Below, piece by piece: positions 26,786-37,464 of a stretch of DNA of 64,000 bases. Below the pieces are notes generated by a model. That model saw nothing but the letters and a program-made list of their open reading frames with translations, ran no database searches and was not told the origin of the DNA. Origin of the DNA: Hemiscyllium ocellatum. Taxonomy: Eukaryota. Positions within the stretch are counted from its first letter, which is position 1; every line of letters starts with the position of its first letter. The position numbers and the translations under genes are program-made. The stretch spans positions 44,668,496-44,732,495 of the forward strand of contig NC_083431.1 in NCBI RefSeq assembly GCF_020745735.1, read 5' to 3'.

Positions 26786-28317
26786 TCATCCAATGACACT
26801 CCTGTTTCAGAATTGCAGCAGCTGGGATTTGTACCTCAAGCCTAGGCAGTCCTTGTCCATCATATCTACTTTTCATATATAAGAAGCCATCAGTCATATG
26901 TGATGGGCAATGGATGGAATTCTTGGTTGCATTATAGACAATTAAGTTGAGTTTGTAAAGTGTATTCTGGGATGTTTCCTGAGGATCAAGCGATAATACA
27001 TCCTGAGGATGTTACGAGTTCTTATGCATTCAGTCTTTTGAATTGATCAGAGAGCAGCTAATTCCAAGTTAGCTATCCAGCTCTTAAAACTTTTCCATAT
27101 CCGCAACACTGCCCATGAATTGATTCAGGCACTAAGGTACCTCTGCATCACCCCAGGGCAGTAATTTCTATAATATTTCTTTTCAGTGATCCAAGTTTTT
27201 TTCACAATTGTATAGAAAGATCTTCTCTTCAGAAGTGAAAACTTTGGATCTTCAATGTATTAATTGTAAGACTGTGTTATCACAATATGCCTGGACTGTT
27301 TTAATGTTCTTCATCATACCAGCACACCAGTCATTAAAAACTGCAAAATTTTCTGTGAAAGCTAGGGTGGAGCAATTCACTCTTTTGCTGTTCAATATCA
27401 ATAGATACTCCTGAATTGGCCTCCTCCAAGATGCACAATAACAGATTCAAGGCAATGTTAAAGAATATTGGAAACTAGAGGGCCCCCTGCTTAAATGCCC
27501 AATTTTTATTGGTTTTGATTTTGGTTTTCCTCCATTACAGTCATAATCAATGTGTGTTTCTAGGTCATTAATTAATTGTATGAATTTTAGGGAGACAAAT
27601 TACTAATAAGGCACTAATGAGTCTATGTCCCTCTGAGTCAAATGCCTTTACAAGGTCAACAAAAATACAAGGTACTTTCTATCCTGTTTGGCATCTTTAA
27701 CAATGTTCTCCAGTGTTGTGATGTTGTCACTACATCCTGGGGTTACCAGTGATGTTCCTCCAGTTATCAATGTTTCTCACATTCTGCTTTTTGAATCAGA
27801 CTAGCCTGAATCTTTTTTTAGTGAGTTCAGGATGGTGCTGGTTTTTAACCACAGGGCAAAGAGTTGCGGCAAACATCTGACATTCCCATTGTGAATATTC
27901 TTGAATATCCCCTAATTTCATTCCATCTGGACCAGTTGCACCCTGGGTCTATCTCCATGATGACTGAGTTGACCTCTTGTTCTCTATGGGATGCAACAAC
28001 TGGATGTCATCCCTTTGACTGGAGTATTTTGTAAATTTGTCAAGATTTCCCACTGACCAGATTGTACTTAAATTGTGCTTGAGCTCCTGCTTCGAAAGAG
28101 GACATAATGTTATGGCTGCCATCCCCATTATCTAGCGGGCTAGTCGATACCTATTATGTTTATAGAGCAACTGAGCTTTTCTGAGCTGTGCCTTTTACTT
28201 GCCCATCCTTTCCTCACACCCATATTCTTTTTGTGTCCATATCTTTTTAATCTATCTTGAGATACGTTCTATTGGCCTGGGAGTAATTTTGTGCTGTTCA
28301 CCACCAGTCACTAGAAA

Positions 28318-28995
28318 TGTTGTGGAAATGTTGGTGGTGGACAGGGTTGGACAATGTCCAAAAAAAAATCACATACCAGGTTATAGTCTGACAGGCTTAT
28401 ATGAAAACATGAGCTTTTAAAACTCTGCTCCTTCCTCAGGCGTAGTATGGGAGAGGGGAGGAATACTGACACAGAATTTATAAGCAGCAAAGGTAGCTAC
28501 CCTAAAACTGACCACCTTCTGTTGAATCTTTAATCAGTTAGAAAAGAGACACCAGTTTCTATTATTTAAAATGCAAAATCCAAATTTTTTTCAAATCACT
28601 GTCCTGAGATAATTAAAAGTTTTATCAGTGTACACAAAGCTGGTATCTCAGGTCAGACAATATATTTTAGGTGTGAGGCCATGCTTAGACTCTGTTTTAA
28701 ACTGGAAATAGTTTTTTTTAAAACAACAGATATATTCAATCTTGCTCAAAAAGTAAAACCCAGCTTGATTCCAGTACAATGTATACAGTACATTGTCCCA
28801 AGATGAAGGTTTTATTAATGACTTGAAAGAAATCTGGACTTCGCATTTTAATCAATAGAAACTGGTGTCTCTTTTCTAACTGAATAAAGATTCAATAGAG
28901 GGCAGCCAGTTTTAGGGAGCTACCATTCTGCTAATAAATTGTTGGTATTCCTTCCCCCTCTCATACTACGCCTGTTGGACTATAACCTGGTGTTA
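28318..28995. mobile_element. Large fold-back PLE pseudo-LTR element (family B) inserted in the R2 relic
   Basis: Imperfect inverted arms ~28370-28600 and ~28820-28994; TSD AGTCA(C/T)TAGAAA at 28306-28317 and 28996-29007. Confidence 0.75.
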
Positions 28996-29580
28996 AGTCA
29001 TTAGAAAGCTAATGACTGGTCCATAAGACTCAACTCCTACACTCTGACTTTGGGATCACCCTTCTTATTTAATATTTCTTCATGCTGGATTGTTTGATTG
29101 TCATCATCACAATTTTTGGGATTACAGGCCAGGTGTCAAATGATCCTTTATCATTTATTGGGTACTCCTTCTAGATACCAGCTTAGTCAAATGGACCGAT
29201 GTCCATAGCACCGTCTTCAGCCTTGTTGGGGGTTGGTGGTTGTGCTACCATGCTGATTCCCTGCAACACACTGCACTTGTCAGAAATTTGCTTGGGTGTT
29301 TTCGTGGTAAGGAAGCCGGTGACCTTTTTATTTATAAATGAGCATCCCACATATTGCTGTTCCAGTTGATAGAGAAGATGTGTTTCTCAACGAGAATATT
29401 AACTCTCATTTGGAGCATGAGAAGGCCCTGACTTGTTTGGCGGGTCCTCCATCTTTGCACTTAGCATGTGGTATTTTCTACTCTTGTCACCACATCTTAG
29501 CGACATGGGCTATTTGTCACTTGACCTTCCTCCTGCTATGCTAGGTATTTCTCCAGGATGGTAACGGCTGGGGAGTATTG

Positions 29581-29679
29581 TCAAGATTAGAGTGGTGCTG
29601 GAAATGCACATCAGGTCAGGCAGCATCCGAGGAGCAGGAAAATCGATGTTTCGGGCAGGAGCCCTTCATCAGGAGGTAT
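29581..29679 (-). mobile_element. Solo PLE pseudo-LTR with hammerhead core, inserted in a CR1 fragment
   Basis: CUGAUGAAGGGC(UCCU)GCCCGAAACAUC at 29645-29672; TSD TGGGGA(G/A)TATTG at 29569-29580 and 29680-29691. Confidence 0.72.
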
Positions 29680-29760
29680 TGGGGAATATTGCTGAAGAGA
29701 CCTTGGGGTGCAGGTTCATACTTCCTTGGAATTGGAGTCACAAGTAGACAAGGTAGTGAA

Positions 29761-30147
29761 TACAGTGAAGGTTCCACTTTGGGACCCTCCAACCACACAG
29801 CATTAATGAGGACTTCACCAGTTTCCTCATTTCCCCTACCCCCACCTTATCCCACATCCCTTTCAGCTTAGCACCGCCCTCATGACCTGTCCTACTTCTC
29901 CATCTTCCTTCCCATGTATCTGCTCCACCCTTCTCTCCGACCCATCACCATTACCCCCACCTCCATCTACCTATCACATTCTCAGCAACCTTCCCCAGCC
30001 CCACCTCCCTCCCCCTTCCATTTCTCTCCACCCACTCGGCTCACAAGCCTCATTCCTGAAGAAGGCCTCTTGCCCGAAACGTTGATTCTCCTGCTCATCG
30101 GATGCAGCCTGACCTGCTTTGCTTTTCCAGCACCACCCTCTTGACTT
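29761..30147 (+). mobile_element. 3' PLE fragment with hammerhead core, inserted in the same CR1 fragment
   Basis: CUGAAGAAGGCC(UCUU)GCCCGAAACGUU at 30056-30083; TSD GGTAGTGAA at 29752-29760 and 30148-30156. Confidence 0.75.
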
Positions 30148-32089
30148 GGTAGTGAAGGTGGTGTTTGATACTCTTGCTTTTATTGGTGAAGGCATTGAGT
30201 ATTGAAGTTGGGAGGTCATGTTCCGGCTGTACGAGATATTGGTTCGCCCTCTTTTGAAATAATGTTCAATTCTGGTAACCCTTCTACAGGAAAGATGTTG
30301 TTAACCTTGGAAGGATTCAGAGAAGATTGACAAGGATGTTGCCAGGTTTGAAGAGGTATGGGGAAGAGGCTGAATAGGCTGGTGCTATTTTCCCTGTAGC
30401 AATGGAGGCTGAAGGGTGGCCTTATAGAAGTTTATAAAATCATAAGGGATATTGATAGGGTGAATAGTCAAGGTCATTTCCCCAGCATAGGGGTGTCCAA
30501 AACTAGACACCATAGGTTTAACCCAAGAGGGGAAAAGATCTACAAGGGACTTTTCATTCAGTTCATGTATGGTATTAGTTACTACAGGAAGTGATGGAGG
30601 CTGGTACAATTATGATATATAAAAGGCATCTGGAGTCGTATATCAATAGGAAGGATTGACAACGATATGGACTAAATATTGGCAAATGGGATTAGACCCT
30701 ATAACTTGGAGCACTTTGTTGAATGTTCTTTAGCTGATGTTTTTCATCCATATGGACATGAGAAGTGCCAAATGTCAAAAAGCACAGAGTTAGTGTTCAA
30801 AATAATCCATCAGTGGTGTAGTGTATCTTAGCTTTATTAATAGCAGTTTTTTCACATGTCAGTTCAATGACTGGCTCCATGTAGGCGGTCATATTGGCTG
30901 TTTCATTGCTGAGAATATTGCCAACCCCTTCAATTGAAGTTACCCTTCCCAATTCCTTGTAAGAGAAGATGTGTGTTTTGATGGTGTTGTTAATCTCTGT
31001 TGTAGGCCGTCTAAACATATTTTACCATCATGTGTTTGGCTGTATCTACTGGAACTCCTGATCTTCATGACCTGACTCCCGGATCAGGCCTGCATAGGAA
31101 TGCACCACAGTCTTATGGGTCTCATTTCCATTTCTTCTGTCTGTGTAGAGACAGACCTCTTGCCAGCACTGAGTCTTGTTGGAACTTGTGTGGTATCAGC
31201 ATTTTTCACACCACACTACCACATTCACACCCATGGGAAGGTTATTTAAAATCAGAGATACATCCCACCAAGATGCGTGGGCTATTCAAACCCTCCATAT
31301 GCTGTGCTTTCTGAGAGTGACAACTCACACTGCTTGGTGTCCTCCTCCACATGCACACAATTGCCTCGTGATTTTTCAAGGACTCTTGGTCAGCTAGTTT
31401 CACTGCTGTTTCTGGCAATGCCAGTGGGGATGCATGACTGTCATTGTGGTAGACAAAATCACAACGAAACTACCACAGAGGTAATCGGTGAGGTGAGGCT
31501 TCCATGAGAGACCCATCCTGAAGAGTCATAGTTACTCATAGTTAATGGAGTGTCACCTAGTCCCCTAACTAAGATGTATCTTACTTGCTATATGCAATAG
31601 TGTATCTCAGTGGACAGAACTGAATCAATATTGAAAATGTATATGTGGGAGACTAGAGGTTAACATCAGGGAGGCAGGTGAAGCTTAAACAAAACTGATG
31701 TTGGAGAAACTCAGCAGAGGGAAAAAAACAGTTAACATTTTGAGTCCGAATTGAAGATAGCTGGGAAAGGGTGGCATTTGTGCTAATGGCAAGAGTAGAA
31801 AGAGTGGCCCAGTCACACAAAGAGACACCAGAAGGGGTAGGTAATCAAAGGCGATGCTGATCTTTGCTAGCTAGGTAAAGTGTTAACCCCAAAAATGTAA
31901 GTGACAGAGGATTGAACCATTCTAAAAGAACTGATATTTTAGAAACTGTGATTAGATAATCAACAGACTAATTCTCAATTCAAAATTACTTAAAATGTAA
32001 GCTTGTTGGACAGAATTCTAAAATATTAACTTTAATTACACTAAGGACAAAGTTAAATTAGAGCACAAAATTAATTTACAATATTAGCA

Positions 32090-32095
32090 TTTATT
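32090..32095 (-). terminator. Candidate ALKBH4 polyadenylation signal
   Basis: AATAAA on the minus strand ~600 nt after the stop codon. Confidence 0.5.
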
Positions 32096-32702
32096 CAAAT
32101 TAAAATCTAAACATTTGAATGTAAAATTGATCACTACCTCCCTGATTTGGGAAAGCCACAATCAGTGGTTTCTGAGGAAATATTTGACAGGTTGGCATAA
32201 TTTGAACTGCATACCTAGTTCATTAATTAAAAATAGATAGTCATTTCATAACATGTCAACACTCAAACCATCACCTATTTCCACTAAATTTGGATTGAAT
32301 AGATTATAGATTCTCTACATATGTTTCATGTATTATCTCCCTCACAAATAAAAGCCTGGTTTTGGCTAGTGTGCACAGTACATTGTGCACTAATGTGCCA
32401 AAACAACTGTGCCAAAGCATGACTCTGATGCCATAATTTCTGACAAAAGGCTGTTTGTTTAAAAAGGGACAAGATCAGTAGTGGATAGCTGTTTTTCAAT
32501 GGTATAGCAGAAAAAAAGAAATCCGATGCAAAATCTCTTTACTCTTGTATAACCCTAATGAAACCTTTATAATGCTGCAAAGGTTCGGACACATGATCCA
32601 GACCACAGCATTAGGAAGGTGGGACTTTTTTTGTTTTGTAGCTATCCCAAAGCTGAGTTTGTAATGAAGAATACTTGTACTTGATGTTTTATAACAGTAA
32701 TT

Positions 32703-33371
32703 TCATACAGGAACACCTTGAAAGCTCAGTGCGAGGTCCAGGAGTTCTCTTCCCAATGTCTCTTGATTCCCTCCACGGCTGAACTCTTCGGATAGCTCTC
32801 TGAAGGTACTGCAGATCCGCCTTGATTTAATATCTTGCCTGTTTATGCCATGTTTCCATGTATATCGTGCTTCTCCATATAAAGCAATTAAAGATCTCCT
32901 TGGCAAATGTATGGCTACCTCTACATCTTTGTAAGGGACATGCCTTTGACAGGTGTCAGTGATTTTCACACTACAGTTATCCGGGCAAAGAACTTGAGTA
33001 TTATCATCATGGAAATTACAAAGGCTCTTTGAATGATCAGTTACTGGATCACAGGACTGTGCATTGCACACCATATTATGATGTAGTTGGATGAGATCCT
33101 TTGAGTCACAAGACATTGATAATATAGTCTCAGACAACAGGTTCAGGCTGACCAAACGCTCACCCCATAACCACCAGTCATCAAAGTGTGAGTCAATGGA
33201 AGAGCCACGTTCCGGTCTATAATCCAGGTTACATTGCTCCACAGGCAGAAAGCTTTTCAACACAGGATACTGTATCATTCGGTTTAGGAGGAAATGGCTG
33301 AAGCATGGTAGGCCACTGAAGCTTCCCACTTTCAACTTGTGCTTTTTAAAATTCACCTTTGGACCATAGTC
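32703..33371 (-). CDS. ALKBH4: ALKBH4 coding exon 3 (Fe(II)/2OG dioxygenase core to stop)
   Basis: DYGPKVNF...VEQCNLDY...IDSHFDDWWLWGERLVSLNLL...WKHGI...RRICSTFREL...LALSFQGVPV*; HxD, H and R catalytic motifs intact. Joined CDS 972 nt = 323 aa. Confidence 0.96.
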   Translation of the reverse strand, partial: DYGPKVNFKKHKLKVGSFSGLPCFSHFLLNRMIQYPVLKSFLPVEQCNLDYRPERGSSIDSHFDDWWLWGERLVSLNLLSETILSMSCDSKDLIQLHHNMVCNAQSCDPVTDHSKSLCNFHDDNTQVLCPDNCSVKITDTCQRHVPYKDVEVAIHLPRRSLIALYGEARYTWKHGINRQDIKSRRICSTFRELSEEFSRGGNQETLGRELLDLALSFQGVPV

Positions 33372-34719
33372 CTGCATATTGACAAAGAAAAAAAATAAGT
33401 AATAATACACCAAGACCTAAGAAAATTATCTACGCATTGTTAGCAATTACCAAGTATTTCTAAATGTGAAAACTTTTTTTCAGAAAATGTTTTGAAAGAG
33501 CAAAGAAAATAGCAAAGCCAATTTTGAAAGTTTTAATATCACAGGAAACAATACAAAGCAGGTTTACTTAATTTTCTGAGATAAGGCACTGTATCTTCCA
33601 CTTGGGGATATACAAAGTATTGTAGAGTAAATAATTGGATGTAGAGGGTGTGCTGCAATCTTTCGGTTGAGACAGAAAACTACTATTTGTTCTCTCAGGT
33701 GGTTGTGAAAGTACCAGCGTTCTTATCTTTTGGATAGTAGAAGAGTTCTGCCAGTTTTGCCATTTAACCCTCAATCAGCCTCTCAAAAAGGAAACTGCCT
33801 ATTGTGATTATTAATTTTTTTTTGGCTTTCCCCTTCCCTAAATTACAACAGTAGCAACACTTCAAAGGTAATTGAGCAGTACTTTGGAAAGGCCTGATGA
33901 TGCAAATGTTACAAAGGAATTGCAAAATATTTCAGTTTATGGCAATCGTGATGATATCAGAAATGCGACATTGCTAAACTAACTGCAGATTGCTTCACTT
34001 TCCAGATTAATTAGTTAGTCTTCCACACTAATGTTCATTAGACCACACAATGAATTATTCATTAAACCCTGTTTCTCAAACAAAAAATTGCCCATGAAAG
34101 ATTACTTTGGGTTTGCACTGATAAGGAAGTCAAATATGACTTGTCACAAATGGATTCCGGAGTGAAATTACCTATAATGTTAAACAGTAACACTGAAGGA
34201 TATAGATGACATTTGAAATAACTGGAATTTGATGAAGGTTGTGCATCTTAGTGGCATTTGCTTATTGTTGTCAATCTCAGGAACTCCCTCAACTCTTAAC
34301 TGTTCATACAAAAATATTCACTAAACAGAAAAGTGAAAACTCACATCCCATGAGATTGAAGAAATTACAGAACACAGGAAAAAAATTCCAAACCAGGAAA
34401 CGTGGAAAGATCAGTCTAAATACAAGTGCCTATTTTCTTTGAGATGGTAGCAGAATACCTTAATCCAAAGTTTGATTTGTATAAGTGATCAGTTTGAAAT
34501 GCAAGAGTATATTGCCATTCAGGTATTTGGGACTCCCCTATTAGTTCTTAGTGTAATGGGAGGTATTGCACAGGCTGGTCTGAACTATGCTGAATCTGTC
34601 ATAAGTTAATACATCATATTGAGATTCATGCAAAAAAATGCTGTCAAGCTGAATATATAAACAACGTTCTAACGCTGACCCATACATAGCACTTTTTTTA
34701 ATGCACCAGGAAAACCTAC

Positions 34720-34917
34720 CTGTTTCTTGCGTCCAGATTGTGAAGGCTTCCATTCATCATTATCCATCAGGTCCACCAGCTTGGTTTCCTCCTCTTCATT
34801 TACAAAATCATCTAATAAAAATACTCCAGGAAACGGAAAAGTCCAGCCACTTAAACTAGAGTCATCATTGCCAATTGCTAAGCCCAATGTAGGATGATAA
34901 GTAAAATGGTACTTCCT
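34720..34917 (-). CDS. ALKBH4: ALKBH4 coding exon 2
   Basis: Acceptor TTTCCCCAG|, RKYHFTYHPTLGLAIG...GWTFPFPGVFLLDDFVNEEEE...WKPSQSGRKKQ, donor CAG|GTAGG; 198 nt, phase 0-0. Confidence 0.94.
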
Positions 34918-35099
34918 CTGGGGAAAGAGAATTTGATAACCATTTGATTCAATTCCTTAGAATATTAATTATTTAACACGCAAGCATGGCAGGTAAAGGA
35001 GTTATTTCATAAACATGCAAGACAATAGAAGAGGAAAGACTTTGAAAGTTTTAGCACAAAAGGAAAAAAACCCCAAAATTTTAAAGTTGACATAATGAG

Positions 35100-35350
35100 A
35101 CAAGACAAGCAGAAGGCTAGAAGAACATAGCAAGCCAGGCAGCACCAGGACGTGGAGAAGTCAACACTTCGTGTGTAACCCTTCTTCAGTACTGGAGGGT
35201 GGGTATAGTGAGAGCTACAGATAAAGGGGGTGGCGGGGGCGGGGTGCTGTAGTGGGGATAAGTGAAGACAGGTAGAGGATACGACCTGGTTGGTCAATGG
35301 GAGGAATGAATCCGGTTGGTGAAAGGGAGTCAGGGGATAGGAAGGGAGCA
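35100..35350 (-). mobile_element. 3' PLE fragment (further family) with decayed hammerhead
   Basis: CTGAAGAAGGGTTACACACGAAGTGTTG followed by a TGCTGCCTGGCTTGCT tail like the other pseudo-LTRs. Confidence 0.55.
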
Positions 35351-36239
35351 AAATGGTCCAAATATTGTCTCTCTGTCAGCTGCTTTGTTTCCTAGAGTTG
35401 CTTGGCAGGGAGCGAATGCTGGTAGTTGTGGTCTACTGGGAAAATAGCAATTTATAAATAAATTGTAGAAAATATTGTGTAGAATATCTAAGGCCCTTAA
35501 AGGAGTGGCATGTTTCTTTGCTCAATAGAATTGAATTAGTAACATTTTTATTTCACGGCCAATGACCTATTTTAAAGTAGTACTATGACTTCATCAGAAT
35601 AAATGTTTGCCATTTGATCCACAAGGTCGTACAAATTAGGAACATAATTAGGTTTGAACCTGCTCCACTATTTGATAGGATCACAGCTGATCCGACAATC
35701 TTTATGGTCCATGTTCCTACGTTTAAGTCTTGAATATTTTTAACAATCCAGTCTATACAGTCCTCCACTTAAAAAAAAATTAACTAATTCAATACCCTCA
35801 GTGAAAAAATTCCTCCTATCAATCTTGAATGGGCAACCCTTTACTCTAAGTATACACTGGTCCTACTCTCCCACAGGAGGGAACACCTTTTGGCAACTAC
35901 ACTGTCAAGCCTATTTTGTTTCAATAAGATTGCTTCTCATTCTCCTAAATTTGAAAAAAGTACAGAAAAGTATCTATTCAATGTTTCCTCCAAAGAGGAA
36001 GAAAATCCTCCAAACCAGTATTGCCCATCTGGGGTAGAGATTAGGATTTTTTCTCTTTCAGATGGGTTGTGTAGTTTTGGAATTCTCAGAAGGCAAGTCA
36101 GTGAATCTTTTTAAGGTAGTAGTAGATATATTTTTAATTAGGCAGGGGAATCAAAGGTAGGTAGAAATATGAAATTCAAAACATAAACAGACTATCTGGC
36201 ACCTTATTGAATGCTGCACAGGCATGAAGGGCTAAACAC

Positions 36240-36520
36240 CGGCACAGTGACTAGCACTGCTGCCTCATAGCGCGAGAGACCTGGGTTCAATTCCCACCTC
36301 AGGCAACTGTCTGGGTGGAGTTTGCACGTTCTCCCCGTGTCTGCGTGGATTTCCTCCCACAGGCCATAGATATGCAAGTCAGGTGAACTGGCCATGCTAA
36401 ATTGCCTGTGGTGTTAGGTGAAGGGGTAAATGTAGGGGAACGGGTCTGGGTGGGTTGTTCTTCGGAGGGTTGGTGTGGTTTTGTTGGGCCTGTTTCCACA
36501 ATATAAATAGTCTAATCTAA
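36240..36520 (+). mobile_element. HE1-type V-SINE
   Basis: B box GGTTCAATTCC, V-domain, TCTAA-repeat tail. Confidence 0.82.
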
Positions 36521-36935
36521 CCTACTTCTGCATCAACTGCATGTTTGTACATACATCGGGCAGAATGCTCTCTTTCTGCATTGCAACAATACTAAGATTC
36601 CATTTTCTACCCCACCATTATTAACATCCATTCATCCTCCAGTCAGCAGCCTCCATCGGATTTGTCAATTTCAAGATCCTCATATCTATTGTTGAATCCC
36701 TCCAGGCCCCTTTTAAATCTTCCCTGTTCCTTCCATCAAAACTTGATACTCCTGTAAAATCACATCTTGAACTTCTTAGTGATAACCATCAATCCTTAGA
36801 AACTTCTGTGCACGAAAGGACTTGTTCAAAGCAGCTTCCCACAATTGCCCATAATAGCATTTGTTACAGTGGCACAGACAGAAGAACACACGAATTAGGG
36901 GTAAGAGTCAAATTTGGATTGGGAGAGGATTTGTA

Positions 36936-37138
36936 GTTGAAAATGTGTTGCTGGTTAAAGCACAGCAGGTCAGGCAGCATCCAAGGAACAGGAAATTCGA
37001 CGTTTCGGGCATATATGAAGGGCTTATGCCCGAAACATCGAATTTCCTGTTCCTTGGATGCTGCCTGACCTGCTGTGCTTTAACCAGCAACACATTTTCA
37101 GCTCTGATCTCCAGCATCTGCAGACCTCACTTTTTACC
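36936..37138. mobile_element. Young fold-back PLE mini-element (family A) in ALKBH4 intron 1
   Basis: 78-bp arms 36936-37013 and 37025-37102 with 2 mismatches; perfect 12-bp TSD AGAGGATTTGTA (36924-36935, 37139-37150). Confidence 0.9.
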
Positions 37139-37464
37139 AGAGGATTTGTACCCGTCTAGGTAAAGGGATAAATACAACCTCGTCATTTTGCAGGTGCTGG
37201 CTGACTGCTGGAAAGATTTGTTTTTAAATTTTCTAATCGGATTTCGAATATTGCAGGATACCCAATAACACACAAAACCAAAATTACGCTGGAAATCTAC
37301 AATCTTGGAGATGGATATGCTCAGCAGGCTCCGACATCACTTTGGAGGGAAGGAGGAGTTAATGTTTGGGGGTTTATAGCCGTGGATGTTGAAGTATCTC
37401 TGTTAATCAATCGGTTATCAGCGCTCGGATCCAGGCTGTTCCCGGAGTGGAGGTGAACTCTTAC

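Larger units (their letters stand above)
29545..30697 (+). mobile_element. CR1 3' fragment inserted in the R2 relic
   Basis: Decayed CR1 ORF2 C-terminus and 3' UTR; itself carries two PLE insertions. Confidence 0.75.
26783..31537 (-). mobile_element. Decayed R2 non-LTR retrotransposon, interrupted by younger insertions; endonuclease end not seen
   Basis: Minus-strand manual translation gives, in R2 order: zinc-finger remnants; Myb QLEQQYVGCSFINKKVTGFLTTKTPKQISDK (~29368-29276); ATGPDGMKLGDI; LFALWLKT; IDNWRNIT; PGCSDNITTLENIVKDAKQ; FVDLVKAFDS (~27663-27634); KQG..PIFFNIALNLLLCILEE; TLAFTENF; QKTECIRT; HCPSHMTDGFLY..RYDGQGLPRL. The 5' end is the 28S target sequence GAGTAACTATGACTCT. Confidence 0.85.

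Noticed and set aside
27270-27330. KNIKTVQAYCDN read as a foamy-virus-like YxDD motif
   Set aside because: It follows the decayed LAF(ADD) motif and corresponds to the helix after the R2 active site; there is no retroviral context.
27925-27980. EVNSVIMEIDPG read as a Gypsy aspartic protease motif
   Set aside because: After a frameshift it continues into ATGPDGMKLGDI and is collinear with the R2 RT domain 0 region.
36861-37163. Two ORFs with the same peptides on opposite strands
   Set aside because: Artefact of the 78-bp palindrome, not coding.
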